A DNA stretch of 55,446 bases, the filler included, from Callorhinchus milii (lineage: Eukaryota), in the NCBI RefSeq assembly GCF_018977255.1. It is 2 parts of 2 records of this genome, joined end to end, with 100 filler letters (N's around TTAATTAATTAA, not from the genome) between each part and the next. Parts side by side here need not be neighbours in the genome. Positions count along the whole stretch, not along the records: positions 1 to 27,704 come from NW_024705691.1; 1 more part is not named here. One strand, written 5' to 3'. Shown piece after piece: positions 1 to 13,869 of this stretch; the first letter of the stretch is position 1, and each line of letters opens with the position of its first letter. The notes under the pieces were generated by a model, which did no database searches, had not been told where the DNA came from, and saw nothing but the letters and a program-made list of their open reading frames with translations. The translations under genes and the position numbers were made by a program.

Positions 1-247
1 TTAGCTGGGTTAAGCGTGTGGAAGTGGGGAATACTTGGGGTAACAGTGGGGGACTGGATCTAGTTGGGGTAAAAACGGGAGAGTGCAGATAAATTGTGGT
101 AAGAGCGTGCAGTGAGGTTAGTTGGGATAAGAACAAGGGAGTGATGACAAGTTGGGTTAAGAGTGGGGGAGTGGGCACTATTTGGGGTAAGAGTGGGGTA
201 GTAGGGCTAGTTGCGGTAAGAGTGGGGGAGTGGGGACTTGGTGGGGT

Positions 248-364
248 AATAATAATAATAATAATCCTTGCATTTGATATAGCACTTTTCATGTCGGGAG
301 GACGTCCCAAAGTGCTTCACAGAACACACTGTAAAGTGAATTGACTATATTTGTGGGTGAACAG
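248..364 (-). mobile_element. 5'-truncated SINE copy (L2-related 3' tail)
   Basis: (AAT)n tail then ATCCTTGCATTTGATATAGCAC...GGACGTCCCAAAG...CACACTGTAAAGTGAATTGAC, matching the copies at 505-826 and 4385-4712. Confidence 0.85.
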
Positions 365-504
365 AGCACAGAGTGGAGATTAATTGGTGTAAGAGCCAAT
401 GTGGGGTGATAGTTAGGGTAAAAGCTTGGGAGTAGGACTTGTGTGGGAAGAGCATGGATGTGTGGACTAGTTGGGATAAGAGAGTACGGTGGGGTCTAGT
501 TTTT

Positions 505-826
505 TTTAATCCTTTATCCTTGCATTTTGTATAGCGCTTTTCAAATCAGGAGGACATCCCAAAGCACTTCAAAGAACACACTGTAAAGTGAATTGACTGT
601 ATATTTGTGGGCGAACGCGGCAGCCAATTGCGCACAGCAATGTCCCACAAACAGTCGTAGATTGAAAATGACCAATTTATTATTGTTTTGTTTTGGAGGG
701 ATTATTATTAGGCTCTGTGTGGAGTAAGGAAACTTGCCCAAGGTTTGGCCCTGACCCCCCGGGGATTGAACTCAGGTCTCTCGCTTGCAAAGCGAGTGCT
801 CTAATCACTGAGCTACAGGACTCCAC
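505..826 (-). mobile_element. Full-length tRNA-Ala(TGC)-derived SINE with L2-like 3' end
   Basis: Minus-strand head GGAGTCCTGTAGCTCAGTGATTAGAGCACTCGCTTTGCAAGCGAGAGACCTGAGTTCAATCCC has an A box, TGC anticodon arm and B box. Its 3' end resembles the GGGACGTCCTCCTGACGTGAAAGGCGCT end of the L2 at ~17560-17600. Confidence 0.88.
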
Positions 827-3800
827 AAGTTGGGGTAAGAGTGGTGTATCGGGACTAGTTAGTTTAAGAGTGGGGGAGTCGAGACCAGTTGGTGTAAGAA
901 CAGGGTTTTGGGGACTATTTGGAGTAAGAGCCGTGTAGTGAGGATAATTGGGGTAAGAGTGTGGAAATGGAGAAAATGTGAGAATGTGGCCTAGTTGGTT
1001 TAACAGTGGAGATGTGGGGCCAGTTGGGATAAGAACAGCAGAGTGGGGTCTAGGGGTTAAGAATGGGGGAGTGGGTACTAGTTGAGGTAAGCGTGGGGGA
1101 TTGGGGACTAAGTGGGGTAAGAGCAGGGAGTGGGGACGAGTTGGTGCAAGAGCCAAGGAGTGGTGCTAGTTGGGGTAAGAGCAGGCGAGTAGGGCTAGTT
1201 GGAGTAAGAGCAAGGGCGTGGGGTAGGTTGACAAAAGAACGGGTTAGTGGGGACTAGTTGGTTTAAGAGTGGGCGTTTGAGTCTAGTTCAGGTAAAAGCG
1301 TGGGAGTGGGAACTATTTGAGGTAAGAGTCGGGGAGTGTTTTAATTGGGATAAGAGTGGGGGAGTGTGGATTAGTTGGGGTAAGAGTGGGGGAACAGGGT
1401 CTAGTTGGAGTAAAAGCCAGGGTGTGGTGCTAGTTGGGGTAAGATTGAGGGAGTGGGGACTAGTTGGGATGAGTCAGTTCTGGGGCTAGTTGGTGACAGG
1501 GTGGTGGAGTGGGGAACGGTTTGGGTAAGATTGGGGGCATGGGAACCAGTTGGGGTAAGAGCAGGCATTGGGGACCAGTTGGGGTAAGAGCCAGAGAATG
1601 GAGCTATTTGGAGTAGGTGCAGGGTTTTGGGAAAGTTGTGTGAGCAGCATACTGGTGACTATTTAGGGTAAGATCTGGAAAGTGGGGCTATTTGGGGTAA
1701 GAATGGGGGAGTGGGAAATATTTGGGGTAAGAGTGGGATAGTGGGTACTATTTGGAGTAAGACTGGGTTACTGGGGACCAGTTATGGAAAGAGCGGGGAA
1801 GTGTTGTTTGTTAGGTAAGAGCAGGGAGTGGTGCTAATTAAGTTAAGAGCAGGGTAGATGGAACAACAAGGGAGTGGGGACTAGTTGGGGTAAGAGTAGG
1901 TTCTGGGGACTAGATAAGAGCTTGAGAGTGGGGCTATTTGGGGTAAGAGTGGGGGAATGGGGTCTAGCTGGGATAAGAACAGGCAGTGGTGAATGGTTGG
2001 GGTAGGGGGGCAGTATAGCTAGTTGGGGAAAGTTTGGGGAAGTGGGGAATAGTTGGGTTAAGAGTATGGGACTAGGGACCACTTGGGGTAAGAACGAGTG
2101 AGTGGGGCTAGTTGGGGAAGAGTGGGGCAGTGGGGATTAGTTGATGTAAGATTGGTAGCATGGGAACTAGTTGGGGTAAGATTAGAGGAGTGGGGCTAGT
2201 CGGGGTATGTGCAGGGTATTTGGGTAATTGGATTAAGAGCAAGAGTAGTGGTGACTACTTAGGATAAGATAAGGGGAGAGGAGCTCGTCAGGGTAAGAGG
2301 GGGGGAATGGGAACTACTTGGAGAAAGAGTGGGTTAGTGGGGTAAGAGAGGAGCAGTGGGGACTAGTTGGGGTAAGATTTGGTTAGTTGGGGCAAGAGCA
2401 GAGAAGGAGGGCTAATTGGGTAAGAAGCAGAGGAGTGGGGCTAGTTGTGGTAAAAGTGGGCAAATGGAGTCTAGTTGGAGTAAGAACGGGCAGTGGGGAC
2501 TAGTTGGGGTAAGAGAGGAGTGTAGCTAGTTGGGGTAAGGGAGGGACTGTGGGGACTAGCTGGGTTAAGATTTGGTTAGTTGGGGCAAGAGCAGGGAAGT
2601 GTGGCTAGTTCGGTAAGAGTGGGGGAGTGGGGACTAGTTGGGGTATGAGTGGGGTCATAGGGATTAGTTGCGGTAAGAGTGGGCAGTGGGGCTAGTTGGG
2701 GTAGTGTGCTGGGTTGGGGACTACTTGTGTTAAAAGCAGGATAGTGGAACTAGTTGTGATAAGAGTGGGGGAGTGGGGACTGGTTGGGGTAAGAATGGGG
2801 GATTGAGGAATAGTTGGGTAAGAGCAGGGGAACGGGGACTAATTTGGGTAAGAGCATGAAATGGGGACTAATTGGGGTAAAGCGTGCGGTATTTGGGACT
2901 AGTTGGGATAAGAGCAGGGGAGTGGGGATTATTTGGGATGAGAGCTGGAGATTGGAGCTTGTTGGGGTAATTGCTAGGTATTGGGGTAATTGGGTTGAGA
3001 GCAAGGTAATTGGGGTTAGAGTGGGCTAGTTGCGATAAGAGTGGGGGAGTGGGAACTACTTGGGGAAAGAATGGGTCAGTGGGTACTAGTTGGGGTAAAA
3101 GCAGGGCAGGGGGAATTATGGGTAAGGGCGGGTTAGTGGGAACTAGTTGGGGCAAGAGCGGTAAAGTGAGGCTTGTTGGGTAAGAGCAGGGGAATTGGGC
3201 TAATTGGGGAGAGCAGAGTAGTGGCAACTAGTTGAGGCAAGAGAGGGGGAGTGGGAACTATTTGGAGTAAGAATGGGGGAGTAGGGATTTGGTGGTGGTA
3301 AGAGTGGGGTATTGAGGATTATATGGTGTAAGAGTGGGGAAGTGTGGCTAGTTGAGTAAGAGCAAGGGAGTGGGGCTAGTTGGAATAAGATCGGGGGAGT
3401 GGGGCTAGTTGGGGTAAATGTGGGGGAGTGGGGACTAGCTGGCATAAGAGATGAGGTGTGGGGCTAAGTGGGGAAAGAGTCGGTGAGTGGGGCTAGTTGA
3501 GGTAAGTGCTGAGTGTTGGGGATTATTTGGGGTAATAGCCAGAGATTGGGGCTATTTGGGGTAAGAAGTGGGGACTCATTGTTTTAAGAGTGGGGGTGTG
3601 TGGACTAATTGGTAGGAGTGGGGATGTGGGTCTAGTTGGAATAAGAGCAGGGGAATGGGGACTAGCTGGGGTAAGAGTGGGGTGTGGTGCTAGTTGGGTT
3701 AAGAGTGCGGAAGTGGGGCCTAGGTGGGATAAGAGCAGGGGAGTTGGGACTAGCTGGTGTAAAAGCTGGATAGTGGTGCAAGTTGGGGTAAGAGTGGGGG

Positions 3801-4384
3801 AGTGGGAACTCATTGGTCTCAGAGTCAGATAGTGGGGCTAGTTGGGCAAGAGCAGGAGAGTGGGGACTAGTTGGTGTAAGAGAGGGGGAGTGGGGATTAG
3901 TTGGGATAAAAGCGGGATGGGGATTAGATGGTTAAGAAAGGGTGAATGGGGATGGGGAATATTTGGGATTAGAGCTTTCGAGCGGGGATTAAATTGTTTA
4001 AGAATGCAGGAGTGGGGTCTAGTTGTGGTAAGAGAGGGGCAATAGGAGCTCTTTGGGTTACAAGTGGGGCAGTGGGGACGAGTTGGGGTAAGAACAGCAG
4101 AGTGAGGATTAGATGGTTAAGGGAAGGGGAGTGGGGACTAGTTGAGTTTAGGGTGGGGGAGTGGGGATCAGTTGTTCAAAAGTGCTTGAATAGGGTCTAG
4201 TTGGGGTACGACTAGCGGAGTGGGGCTTAAATGGTTAAGAAAGGGGAAATAGGGACTAGTTGGGTTTAGAGTGGGGGAGTAGAGATGAATTGTTTTAGAG
4301 CATGAGAATGGGGTCTAGTTGGGGTAATTTTGGGGCAATGGGGATTCTTTGGGGTAAGAGTGGGGGAGTGGGGATTAGTTGCTT

Positions 4385-4712
4385 AATAATAATAACAAAA
4401 ATAATCCTTGCATTTGATATAGCGCTGTTCACGTCAGGAGGACGTCCCAAAGCGCTTCACAGAACACACTGTAAAGTGAATTGACTGTATATTTGTGGGC
4501 GAACGCGGCAGCCAATTGCGCACAGCAATGTCCCACAAACAGTCGTGGATTGAAAATGACCAATTTATTATTGTTTTGTTTTGGAGGGATTATTATTAGG
4601 CTCTGTGTGGAGTAAGGAAACTTGCCCAAAGTTTCGCCCTCTGCCTGGAATTGAACTCAGGTCTCTCACTTGCAAAGCGAGTGCTCTAATCACTGAGCTA
4701 CAGGACTCCACA
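4385..4712 (-). mobile_element. Full-length tRNA-Ala-derived SINE, near-identical to 505-826
   Basis: Same head, body and (AAT)n tail; ORFs 541..741 and 4429..4629 are almost identical. Confidence 0.88.
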
Positions 4713-7306
4713 AGTGGAGTGCAGAGGAGTGGGGACTAATTGGGGTAAGAGCGGGGGAGTGGTGATTAGATTGTGTGAGAGCAGGGAAGTGGAGATTAGA
4801 TGGTTAAAAGCCAGGGAGTGGGGACTAGTTGGGGTTAGAGTGTTGGTGTTGGGACTTTTTGGGGTAAGATTGGGGCAGTGGGGGCTAGTTGGGGTAAGAG
4901 CGGTTGTTTGGGGACCAGTTGGGGTAAGAATGGTGTAGTGGAGACCAGTTGGGGTTAGAGTGGGGGAGTGGGAATTAGTTGGGCTAAGGGTCGGGCATTG
5001 GGGACTGGATGGGTAAGAGTGGGGAATGGGGATTAGATAGTTACAAGAGAGGGAGTGGGACGATTTGGGGTTAGAGTGGTGGCATGTGCACTAGTTGGGG
5101 TTTGAGCCAAGGAGTGGGGATTAGTTGGTTAAGAGCAGGGGCGGGGAGACCAGTCTGGGTAAGAGTGGGGCAATGAGGATGAGTTAGGGTAAGAGTGGAG
5201 GAGTGAGGAATAATTGGTTAAGAGCATTGGACTATTTTTGGTAAGAGCGGGGGAGTGGGTCTGGTGGGGGTAAGAGCGGGGAAGTGGGGACTAGTTGGGG
5301 TAAGAGCGGGGAAATGTGTACTAATTAGATTAAGACCTGGAGAGTGGGTGACTAGTTGGGGTAAGATTCGAAGAGTGGGGACTACTTGTGGTAAAAGCAG
5401 GACAGGGAAATCTAGTTGGACTAAGAGTCGGACAGTGGGGCTAGTTGAGTAAGAGTGGAGAGTGTGGACTGGTTGCGGTTAGAGAGGGCAAGTGGGAACT
5501 AGTTGGGGTAAAAGCGGTGGAGTGTGGATTAGATGGTTAAGAGATGGGGAGTGGGGACTAGTTGGGGTTAGAGCGGGGGAGCGGGGATTAGCCATTTAAG
5601 AGCATGGGAGTGGGGACTAGTTGGGGTAATTTTGGGTGAGTGGAGATTAGCTGGGATAAGAGTGGGGGAGTGAGGATTAATTGGTTAAGAGCGCAGGAAT
5701 GGGGACTAGTTGGGCAAGAGCGGTGGAGTGGGGACTAGTTGGAATAATTTTGGGGGAGTGGAGATTAGTTGGGGTAAGGGTTGGGGTATGGGGACTAGTT
5801 TTGAAAAGAGGGGGCAGTTGGGACTCTTTGGGGTAAGAGTGGGGGTGTGGGGATTAGCTGCTTAAGAGCCGGGGGAGTGGGGACTAATTGGGTTAAGAGT
5901 GGAGGAGTGGGAACTAGTTGGGTTAAGATCAGCAGGAGTGGGGATTAGATGGTGAAGGGACGGGGAATGGGGACTAGTTGGGGTTAGAGCGGAGGAATAG
6001 GGATTAGTTGTTTAAGAGCAGAGATGCGGGATTAGTTGATTAAGAACTGGAGTGGGGATTAGTTGAGGTAAGAGCATTGGGCCTATTTGGTGTAAGATTG
6101 AGGCAGTGGGGGCTAGTTTGGGTAAAAGAGGTGGCGTGGTAGCTGTTGGGGTAAGAGCGAGGGTGTGGGGACTATTTGGGTTAGGAGTGGGGAAGTAGGG
6201 AATAGTTGGGGTAAGAGTGGGTCAATGGGGACTAGGTGGGATAAGAATGGGGTAGTGGAGTCTAGTTGGGGTAAGAGTGGGTGAGTTGGGATTAGTGGGG
6301 CTAAGGCTCGAGCACTGGGGACTAGTTGGGGTTAGAGTGGGGTAGTGAGGATTAGTTGTTTAAGAGCATGGGAGTGGGGACTAGCTGGAATAATTTTGGG
6401 TGAGTGGGGATTAGCCGGGGTAAGAGTGGGGGAGTGAGGATTATTTGGTTAAGAGCGCAGGAGTGGGGACTAGTTGGAGTAAATTTGGGGAGTGGAGATT
6501 AGTTGGGGTAAAGGTTGGGGTGTGGGGTCTAGTTTGGATAAGAGGGGGGCAGTGGGGGCTCTTTGGGGTAAGAGTGGGGATGTGGGGATTAGCTGCTTAA
6601 GAGGGGGGGAGTGGGGACTAATTGGGTTAAGAGTGGAGGAGTGGGCACTAGTTAGTGAAGGGATGGAGAGTGGGGACTAGTTGGGGTTAGAGTGGAGGAA
6701 TAGGGATAAGTTTTTCAAGAGTGGGGGTGCGGGATTAGTTGATTAAGAGCTGGGAGTGGGGACTGGTTGAGATAAGAGCATTGGAGTTGGACCTATTTGG
6801 TGTAAGATTGGGGCAGTGGGGGCTAGTTTGGGTAAGAGCGGTGGAGTGGTGGCTTGTTGGGGTAAGAGCGAGGGCATGGGGACTATTTGGGTTAGGAGTG
6901 GTGGAGTAAGGAATAGTTGGGGTAAGAGTGGGTTAGCCTTAGCGGACTAATTGTGATAAGAATGGGGTAGTGGGGCCCAGTTGGGGTAAGAGTGGGCGAG
7001 TGGGAATTAGTGGGGCTAAGGGTCGAGCATTTGGGACTAGTTGGGTAAGAATAGGGTAGTGGGGATTAGTTGGTTTAAGAGTGGGTGGGTGGGGACTAGT
7101 CGGGGTAAGAGTGGGGCATGGTGTTGAGTTGGGGTAAGAGTGGGAGAGTCATAATTAATTGGTTAAGAGCGTTGGAATGGGGACTATTTGTGGTAAGAGT
7201 GGGGGAGTGGGGATTAATTAGGGTAGGAATGGTGTGTGGGGACTAGTTGGGTTAAGATAGGGGAGAGTAGGGGCTAGTTGGGGTAAGTGTGGCAAAGTGG
7301 GGATTA

Positions 7307-8623
7307 CAACAACAACTTGGTTTTATATAGTGCCCGCCACGCCGGACGGCATCTCAGTGTGCTTTACAGTAACGGATCCCGGGACCAAGCCAGGGGGAGG
7401 GGGGGAACGTGACCAAAGGCGCAGACGAAAAGAAAGGTCTTCAGCAGAGACCTGAAAATGGGAAGGGAGGGAATGCGACGAAGGGTGAGGAAGGGAGTTC
7501 CAGAGCATTGGGGCGTAGTGGCTGAAGGCCCGGCCACCGAGGGTGGAACAGAGGACTCGAGGGATAAGGAGGATGCCAGACCTGGAGGAACGAAGGCAAT
7601 GGGTACTGTTTTGAGGAGAGAGAAGGTCAGAGAGGTTGGGGTGGGTGGTGGTGGGGGTGGGGGGCGGTGGGGAATGGGTGGTGCGGGGATGGGGCAGAGG
7701 AGTGCAGTGACTTGAATACAAGGGTGAGGATCTTGAAATCGATCCTCTCTGGGATAGAGTCAGTGCAGTCTGGTAAGGACTGGGGTGATCGGGGAGCGGA
7801 GTTCCGTATGGGTGAGAATGCGGGCGGCAGAGTTTTGAATGATTCGGATTTTATGGATGGTAATGCATAGGAGACCGGCAAGGAGGGCGTTAGAATAGTC
7901 CAGCCAAGAGGTGACAAAGGCATGGACCAGGGTTTCAGCGGCTTGGAGTGAGGTATCGGTGGAGATGGGTGATGCATTGGAGGTGGAAGAAAGTGGTGCT
8001 GGTGAGGGACTGGATATGGGGGTGGAAGGATAATTGGGAATCGAACTTGAAACCTAGGTTGCGTATGGGTTCGGAGAGTTTTAGGGGGAGGTCGGGTGGT
8101 GGAGTAGGTGAGAACCATGAGATTTTAGACGTTGACGGGAGCCAAAGAGTATGGCTTCCGTCTTGTCAACGTTCAGCTGAAGAAAGTTTGCGCTCATCCA
8201 TCCTTTGAGGTCTGACAGGCAGAACATCAGGGGACTGGAGGTTGCAAAGAGAGGTGGAAAAATAGAGTTGGGTGTCGTCTGCATACATGTGGAAATGTAC
8301 CCCATGTCTGTGGATGACATCCCCAAGAGGGAGCATGTAGATCAGAAAGAGGAGGGGGCCAAGGATGGATCCTTGGGGTACCCTGCAGGTAACCAGATGA
8401 GAGCGGCAGGAGAAGCCGTTTGTGTAGATGTCCTGCTGGTGGTTTGTGAGGTAGGACTCGAACCAGGTGAGTGCAGTCCACTGAGGTGGATGACGGAGGA
8501 AAGGCGTTGGAGAAGGATGGCGTGATTGACTGTGTCGAACTCCACAGGGAGGTCCAGGAGTACAAGGAGGCAGAGAGAGCCCTGGTCACAGATAGAGAGG
8601 ATGTCATCTGTGACTTTCACAAG
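7307..8623 (-). mobile_element. 5'-truncated, frameshifted L2 (LINE2) fragment (RT C-terminal half, 3' UTR, (TTG)n tail)
   Basis: Minus-strand peptides [87 protein letters not shown]; (ACA)n at 7307. Confidence 0.92.
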
Positions 8624-9617
8624 TGCAGGGATGGGGAGTGGGGACTAGTTGGGGTACGAGCGGGGAAGTGGAGATTAGTTGGGTTAGGAGCAGGGGAGTG
8701 GGGACTAGTCTGGGTAAGAGTTGGGCAATGGGGACTAGTTGGGGTAAGAGCAGGGGCAGTGTGGCCTAGTTGGGGTAAGAGCGGCGGATTAGATACCAGT
8801 TGGGGTTAGAGCCGGGAAGCACGGGTTAGTTGTTTAGGAGTGCAGGAGCGGGGACTAGTTGGGGTAATTTTGGAGGAGTGGGGATTAGTTGGGGTAATTT
8901 TGGAGGAGTGGGGATTAGTTGGGGTAAGAGATGGGCAGTGGGGTCTCTTTGAGGTGGGAGTGGGAATTAGTTGCTGAAGAGCGGGGGAGTGGGGACTATT
9001 TGGGGTATGAACAGTGGAGTGGGATAAGATGGTTAAGGGACGGGAAGTGGGGACTAGTTAGGGTAAGAGTGGGGTATTGGGGATTGGGAGTCTGAGGATT
9101 AGTTTGGTAAGAGCGGGGGGAGTTGGGACTATTTGGGTTAAGAGTGGGATTGTGGGGAACAGTTGATTAAATGTGGGGGAGTGAGAACTAGTTGGGCGTA
9201 AGTGTGGGGCAGTGGGGATTAGTTAGCATAATAGTGGGGAGTGGAGATTAGTTGGTTAAGAGAATGGGAGTGGGGACTAGTTGGGGTAAGAGCAGGGGAA
9301 TGGAATCTAGTAGGTTAAGAGCGGGCAATGGGGACTAGTTGGTTTAAGAGCGGGTGATTGGGGATTAGTAAGAGTGGGTGGGGGGAGTAGTGTGTGATTT
9401 AGTTGGTTAAGAGAGGTGGAGTGGGGACTGCTTGGCGTAAGAGCGGGGAAGTGGGGATGAGTTGATGTAAGAGCAGAGGAGTGGGGGCTAGTTGGGTTAT
9501 GAGTGGGGAAGTGGGGACTAGTTGGGATAAGAGTGGGGGAGTGGTGATTAGCTGGTTAAGAGTATGGGAATGGGGATTAATTGGGGTAAGAGCGGGGGAG
9601 TGTGGACTAGTTGTAAG

Positions 9618-9635
9618 ACAACAAAATTCCATTTA
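9618..9635 (-). mobile_element. Tiny L2 3'-tail remnant
   Basis: ACAACAAAATTCCATTTA is the reverse complement of the L2 terminus TAAATGGAAT(C/T)TTGTTGT seen at ~17590-17607. Confidence 0.5.
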
Positions 9636-12600
9636 ACGGGTGAGTGGGGATTAGTTGGTTAAGATAAAGAGATTTGGGACTAGTTGGGGTTAGAGCAGGG
9701 TAGTGGGGACTAAGAGTGGGGGAGGAGCGACTAGTTGGGGTAAGAATAGGGGAGTAGGGAATAGTTGGACATAAGAGCAGGGGAGTTTGGACTTGTTGGG
9801 ATAAGTTCAGGGAAGTGGGGACTAGTTAGAGTAAATGCGGGGGAGTGGGGATTAGTTGGTTAAGAGCGGGTGAATGGGGACTAGATGGGATAAGAGTGGG
9901 GAATGGGCACTAGTTGGGGTAAGAGTGGGGGGAGTGGGGACTAATTGGGGTAAGAATGGGGAAGTGGGATTAGTTGGTTAAGAGCGGGGAATTGGGACTA
10001 ATTGGTGTAAGAGTGGTGTAGTGGGTATTAGTTGGGGAAGGCGTGGGGGTGTGGGTACTAGTTGGGGTTAGAATGGGGGAGTGAGGATTGGTTGTTTAAG
10101 AGCACGGGAATGGGGACTCTTTGGGATAAAAGCAGGTGAGTGGTGAGTATTGGAGTTATTGCGGGGGAGTGGGGATCAGTTGGGGTAAGGGTTGGGGTGT
10201 ATGGAGACTAGTTTCGGTAAGAGACAGGCAGTGGGGACTCTTTTGGGTAAGAGTGGGAGAGTGGGGATAAGTTGCTTTAGAATGGGGGAATGGGGACTAG
10301 TTGAGGTAAAAGTGGAGGAGTGGGGACTAGTTGAGGGAAAGAGCGGGCGAGTGGGTAGTTGTTGGGGTAAGAGAGGGGAAGTGGGGCATGTTGGAGTAAG
10401 AGTGTGGGAATGAGAACTAGTTGGGGTAAGAGTGGGGAATTGGGGACTAGTTAGGTTAAGAGTGGGAGAGTTGGGATTAGTTGTTTAAGAGAATGGGAGT
10501 GGAGACTATTGGTGTCAGAGTGGGGAATTGGAGATTAATTGGTTAAGAGCAGGGGAGTGTGGACTAGTTGGGTAAGAGTGGGGGTGTGTGGTCTAGTTGG
10601 AGTAAGAGCGGGAAAGTGTGTACTGCTTGGGTTAAGAGCGGGGCAGTGGGACTAGTGTGGGCAAGCGCTGGTGAGTGTGGACAAGTTGGGATAAGCGCAG
10701 GAGAGTGGATACTAGTTGGGGTAAGAGTGGGGGAGTGGGGATTAGTTGGGTTAAAAGCGTGGCATTGGGGTTATTTGAGGTAAGAGCAGGGAAATGGGGC
10801 CTAGTTAGTGTAAGAGCGAGGGAGTCAGGAATAGCTGGGTTAGGAGTGGAGGCGTGCGGACTAGTTGGGGTAAGAATGCGGCAGTGGGGACTAGTTGGGG
10901 TAAGAGTGCAGGAGTGGTGATTAGTTGGTTAAGAGTGGGGCAGTGGAGACTAGTTGTGGTAAGAGTTGGGGATCGGGGTCTAGTTGAGCGAGAGTGGGGA
11001 GCGGGGATTATTTGGTTAAGAGAGGTGGAGCGGGGACTAGTTGGGTTTAGAGCGGTGCATTGCGGATTAGTTGGCTAAGAATAGGGAGGGGGAACTAGTT
11101 GGGGTAAGAGCAGGGGAGTGGGGACTAGTTGGGGTAAGAGCAGTGGAGTAGGTATTAGTTGGGGAAAGAAGGGGGAGTGTGGACTAGGTGGGGTAAGAGC
11201 GGGGCAGTGCGGACCACTTGGGGTAAAATAAGGGAGTGGGGCCTAGATAGGGTATAAATGGGGCAGGGGGGACTAGTTGTGGTAAAAGTGTGAAAGTAGA
11301 GATTAGTTGGTTAAGAGCGGGGGAATGGGGACTAGTTGGGTTGAGAGTGGGGGAGTCGGGACTATATCTGGTAAGAATGCGGCAGTGTGGGCTATTTGGG
11401 GTAAGAGCAGTTGAGTGGTGGCTAGTTGGAGTAAAAGCATGGGAGTGGGGAAATATTGGGTTAGGAGCGGGGGAGTAGGAAATTGTTGGAGTAAGATTGA
11501 GTCAGTGCGGATTAGTTAACAGTGGGGTAGTGGGACTAGTTGGGGAAAGAGTGGCAATTGGGATTAGTTGGTTAAGAAAGGGGGAGTGGCGACTTGTTGG
11601 TATAAGAGCGGGTGGGGTGTGGGGACTGGTTTCTTTAAGAGTAGGGGATGGGGCCTAGTTGGGGTAATAGCTGGGCAGTGGTGTCTAGTTGGCGTAAGAG
11701 TGGGGAGTGGAGACTTGTTGGGGTTAGAGTGGGGGAGTGGGGATTAGTTGAGCTAAGAGTTGGGCAGGGAGTCTAGTTGGGTAAGAGAGGGGGAGTGGGG
11801 ATTAGTTGGTTAAGAATTGGGGAGTGGGGACTTGTTGGGTTAAGAGTGGGGCTGGGGGACTAGTTGGGGTAAGAGCAGGGGAGAGGGGACTAGCTGAGGA
11901 AAGAGCAGGAGAGTCGGGGCTGGTTGGGATAAGAAAGACTTAGTGGTGACTAGTTGGGGAAAGAGCAGGAGAGTCGGGGCTGGTTGGGTAAGAGAGAGTT
12001 AGTGTTGACTAGTTGGGGTAAGAGCAGGGGAGGGGGATATAGTTGGTTAAGAGAGGGAGATTGGGGATTAGTTCGGATTAGAGCAGGGTAGTGGCAATTA
12101 GTTGGTTAAGAATGGGGGTTGTGGGGTCTAGTTGGAGTAAGAACAGGGGAGAGGGGACTAGTTGGAGTAAGAACGGAAGAATAGGGAGTCGTTTGGATAT
12201 GAGCGGGAGAGTGGGGCAAATTGGAGTAAGATTGGGGCAGTGGGGACTAGTTGGTGTAAGAGACAGCTAGTGAAGATTAGTTGGTTAAGAGTGTTGGAGT
12301 CGGGACTAGTTGCAGTAAGAGTGTGGTAGTGGGGACTAGTTGGGTAAGAGTGAGGAAGTGGGGACTAGTTGGTGTAAGAGGAGCAGAGTGGGACCTAGTT
12401 AGGGTAAGAGCAAGGAAGTGGAGAATAGTTTGTTTTGGAGTGGGGGAGTGAGGACTAGTTGGGGTATAAATGGGGCAGTGGGGACTAGTTGAAGTAAGAG
12501 TGTGGAAGTGGAGATTAGTTGGTTAAGAGCAGGGGAGTGGGGACTAGTTGGGGTAAGAATGGGAGATTGGGGATTAGTTGGTTAAGAGCGGGGGAGTGGG

Positions 12601-13869
12601 GACTCTTTGGGGTAAGAGCAGGGGAATGGGGACTAGATGAGTAGAGTGTTGCGTGGGGATTGAATGGTTAAGAAAGGGGGAGTGGGGACTAATTGGGGTA
12701 AGAGCTTGAGACAGCGGACTAGTTGTGTTAAGAACAGGGATGTGGGGGCTAGTTGAGGTAAAAGCGGAGTGAGGTCTAGTTGGGGTTCGAGTGGGGAAAT
12801 GATGATAAGTTGGTTAAGAACAGGGGAGTGCAGACATTTTGGGGTAAGAGCGGGGGCCTGGTGACAAGTTGGGGTAAGAGTGGGGGAGTGGGGATTAATT
12901 GGGATAGTAATGGGTGTTTTGAGACTTGTTGAGGTAGCAGCAGGGGAAGTGGGGACAAATTGGGGTAAGAATGGGTGAATGAGGAATAGTTGGTTAAGAA
13001 CATGGGAGTGGGGAGTGGTTGGAGTAAGAGTGGGGACAAGTTGGGGTAAGAGTGGGGTACTGGGGATTAGTTGTTTAAGAGAGTCGGAGTGGGAACTAGT
13101 TGGGGTTTGAGTGGGGGAATGGGGATTAGCAGGTTAAGAGTGGGATAGTGGGGTCTAGTTGGGGTAAGAGCCGGAAGTGTACACTAGTTGGGGTAAGAGC
13201 AGGAGAGTGGGGACTAGTTGATGTAAGAGCGGAGGAGTGGAGACTAGTTGGGGTAAGAGCGGGGGAGTGGGGACTAAATGGGGTAAGAGCGGTGGAGTGG
13301 GGATTAGTTGGGGAAAGAGGAAGTGAGTGTGGACTAGTTGGGGTAAGAGTGGGGCAGTGGGGGCTAGATGGGGTAAGATCAGGGAATGTGGCCTAGACGG
13401 GGTAAGAGCGAGGATGTGGGGATTAGTTAGGTTAGGAGTGGGGGAGTGTAGACCAGTTGGGATAAGAATGGGGCAGTTGTGATTAGTTGGGATAAGAGTG
13501 GGGCAGTGGGGACTAGTTGGTGTAAGAGAGAACAAGTGAAGATTATTTGGTTGAGAGTGTGGGAGTCGGGACTAGTTGCAGTAAGAGTGTGGTAGTGGGG
13601 ACTAGTTGGGGTAAGAGAGGGGGAATGGGGATTATTTGGTTGAGAGAGGGGGAGTAGAGACTAATTGGGCTTAGAGCGGGTAGTGGGGATTAGTTGGTTA
13701 AAAGCAGTGCAGGGCGACTAATTAGGGTAAGAGCCGGGGAAGTGTAGACTTGTTGGGGTAAGAGAAGGGGAATGGAGAATAGATGGGGTAAGAGCTAGGG
13801 AGTGGGGATCAGTTTGGGTAAAAGCAGGGGTGTGAGGCCTGGTTGAGATAAGAACGGGGCAGTGGGGGG

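Noticed and set aside
755..826. Functional tRNA-Ala gene
   Set aside because: The acceptor stem is not intact and the sequence is the head of a repeated SINE.
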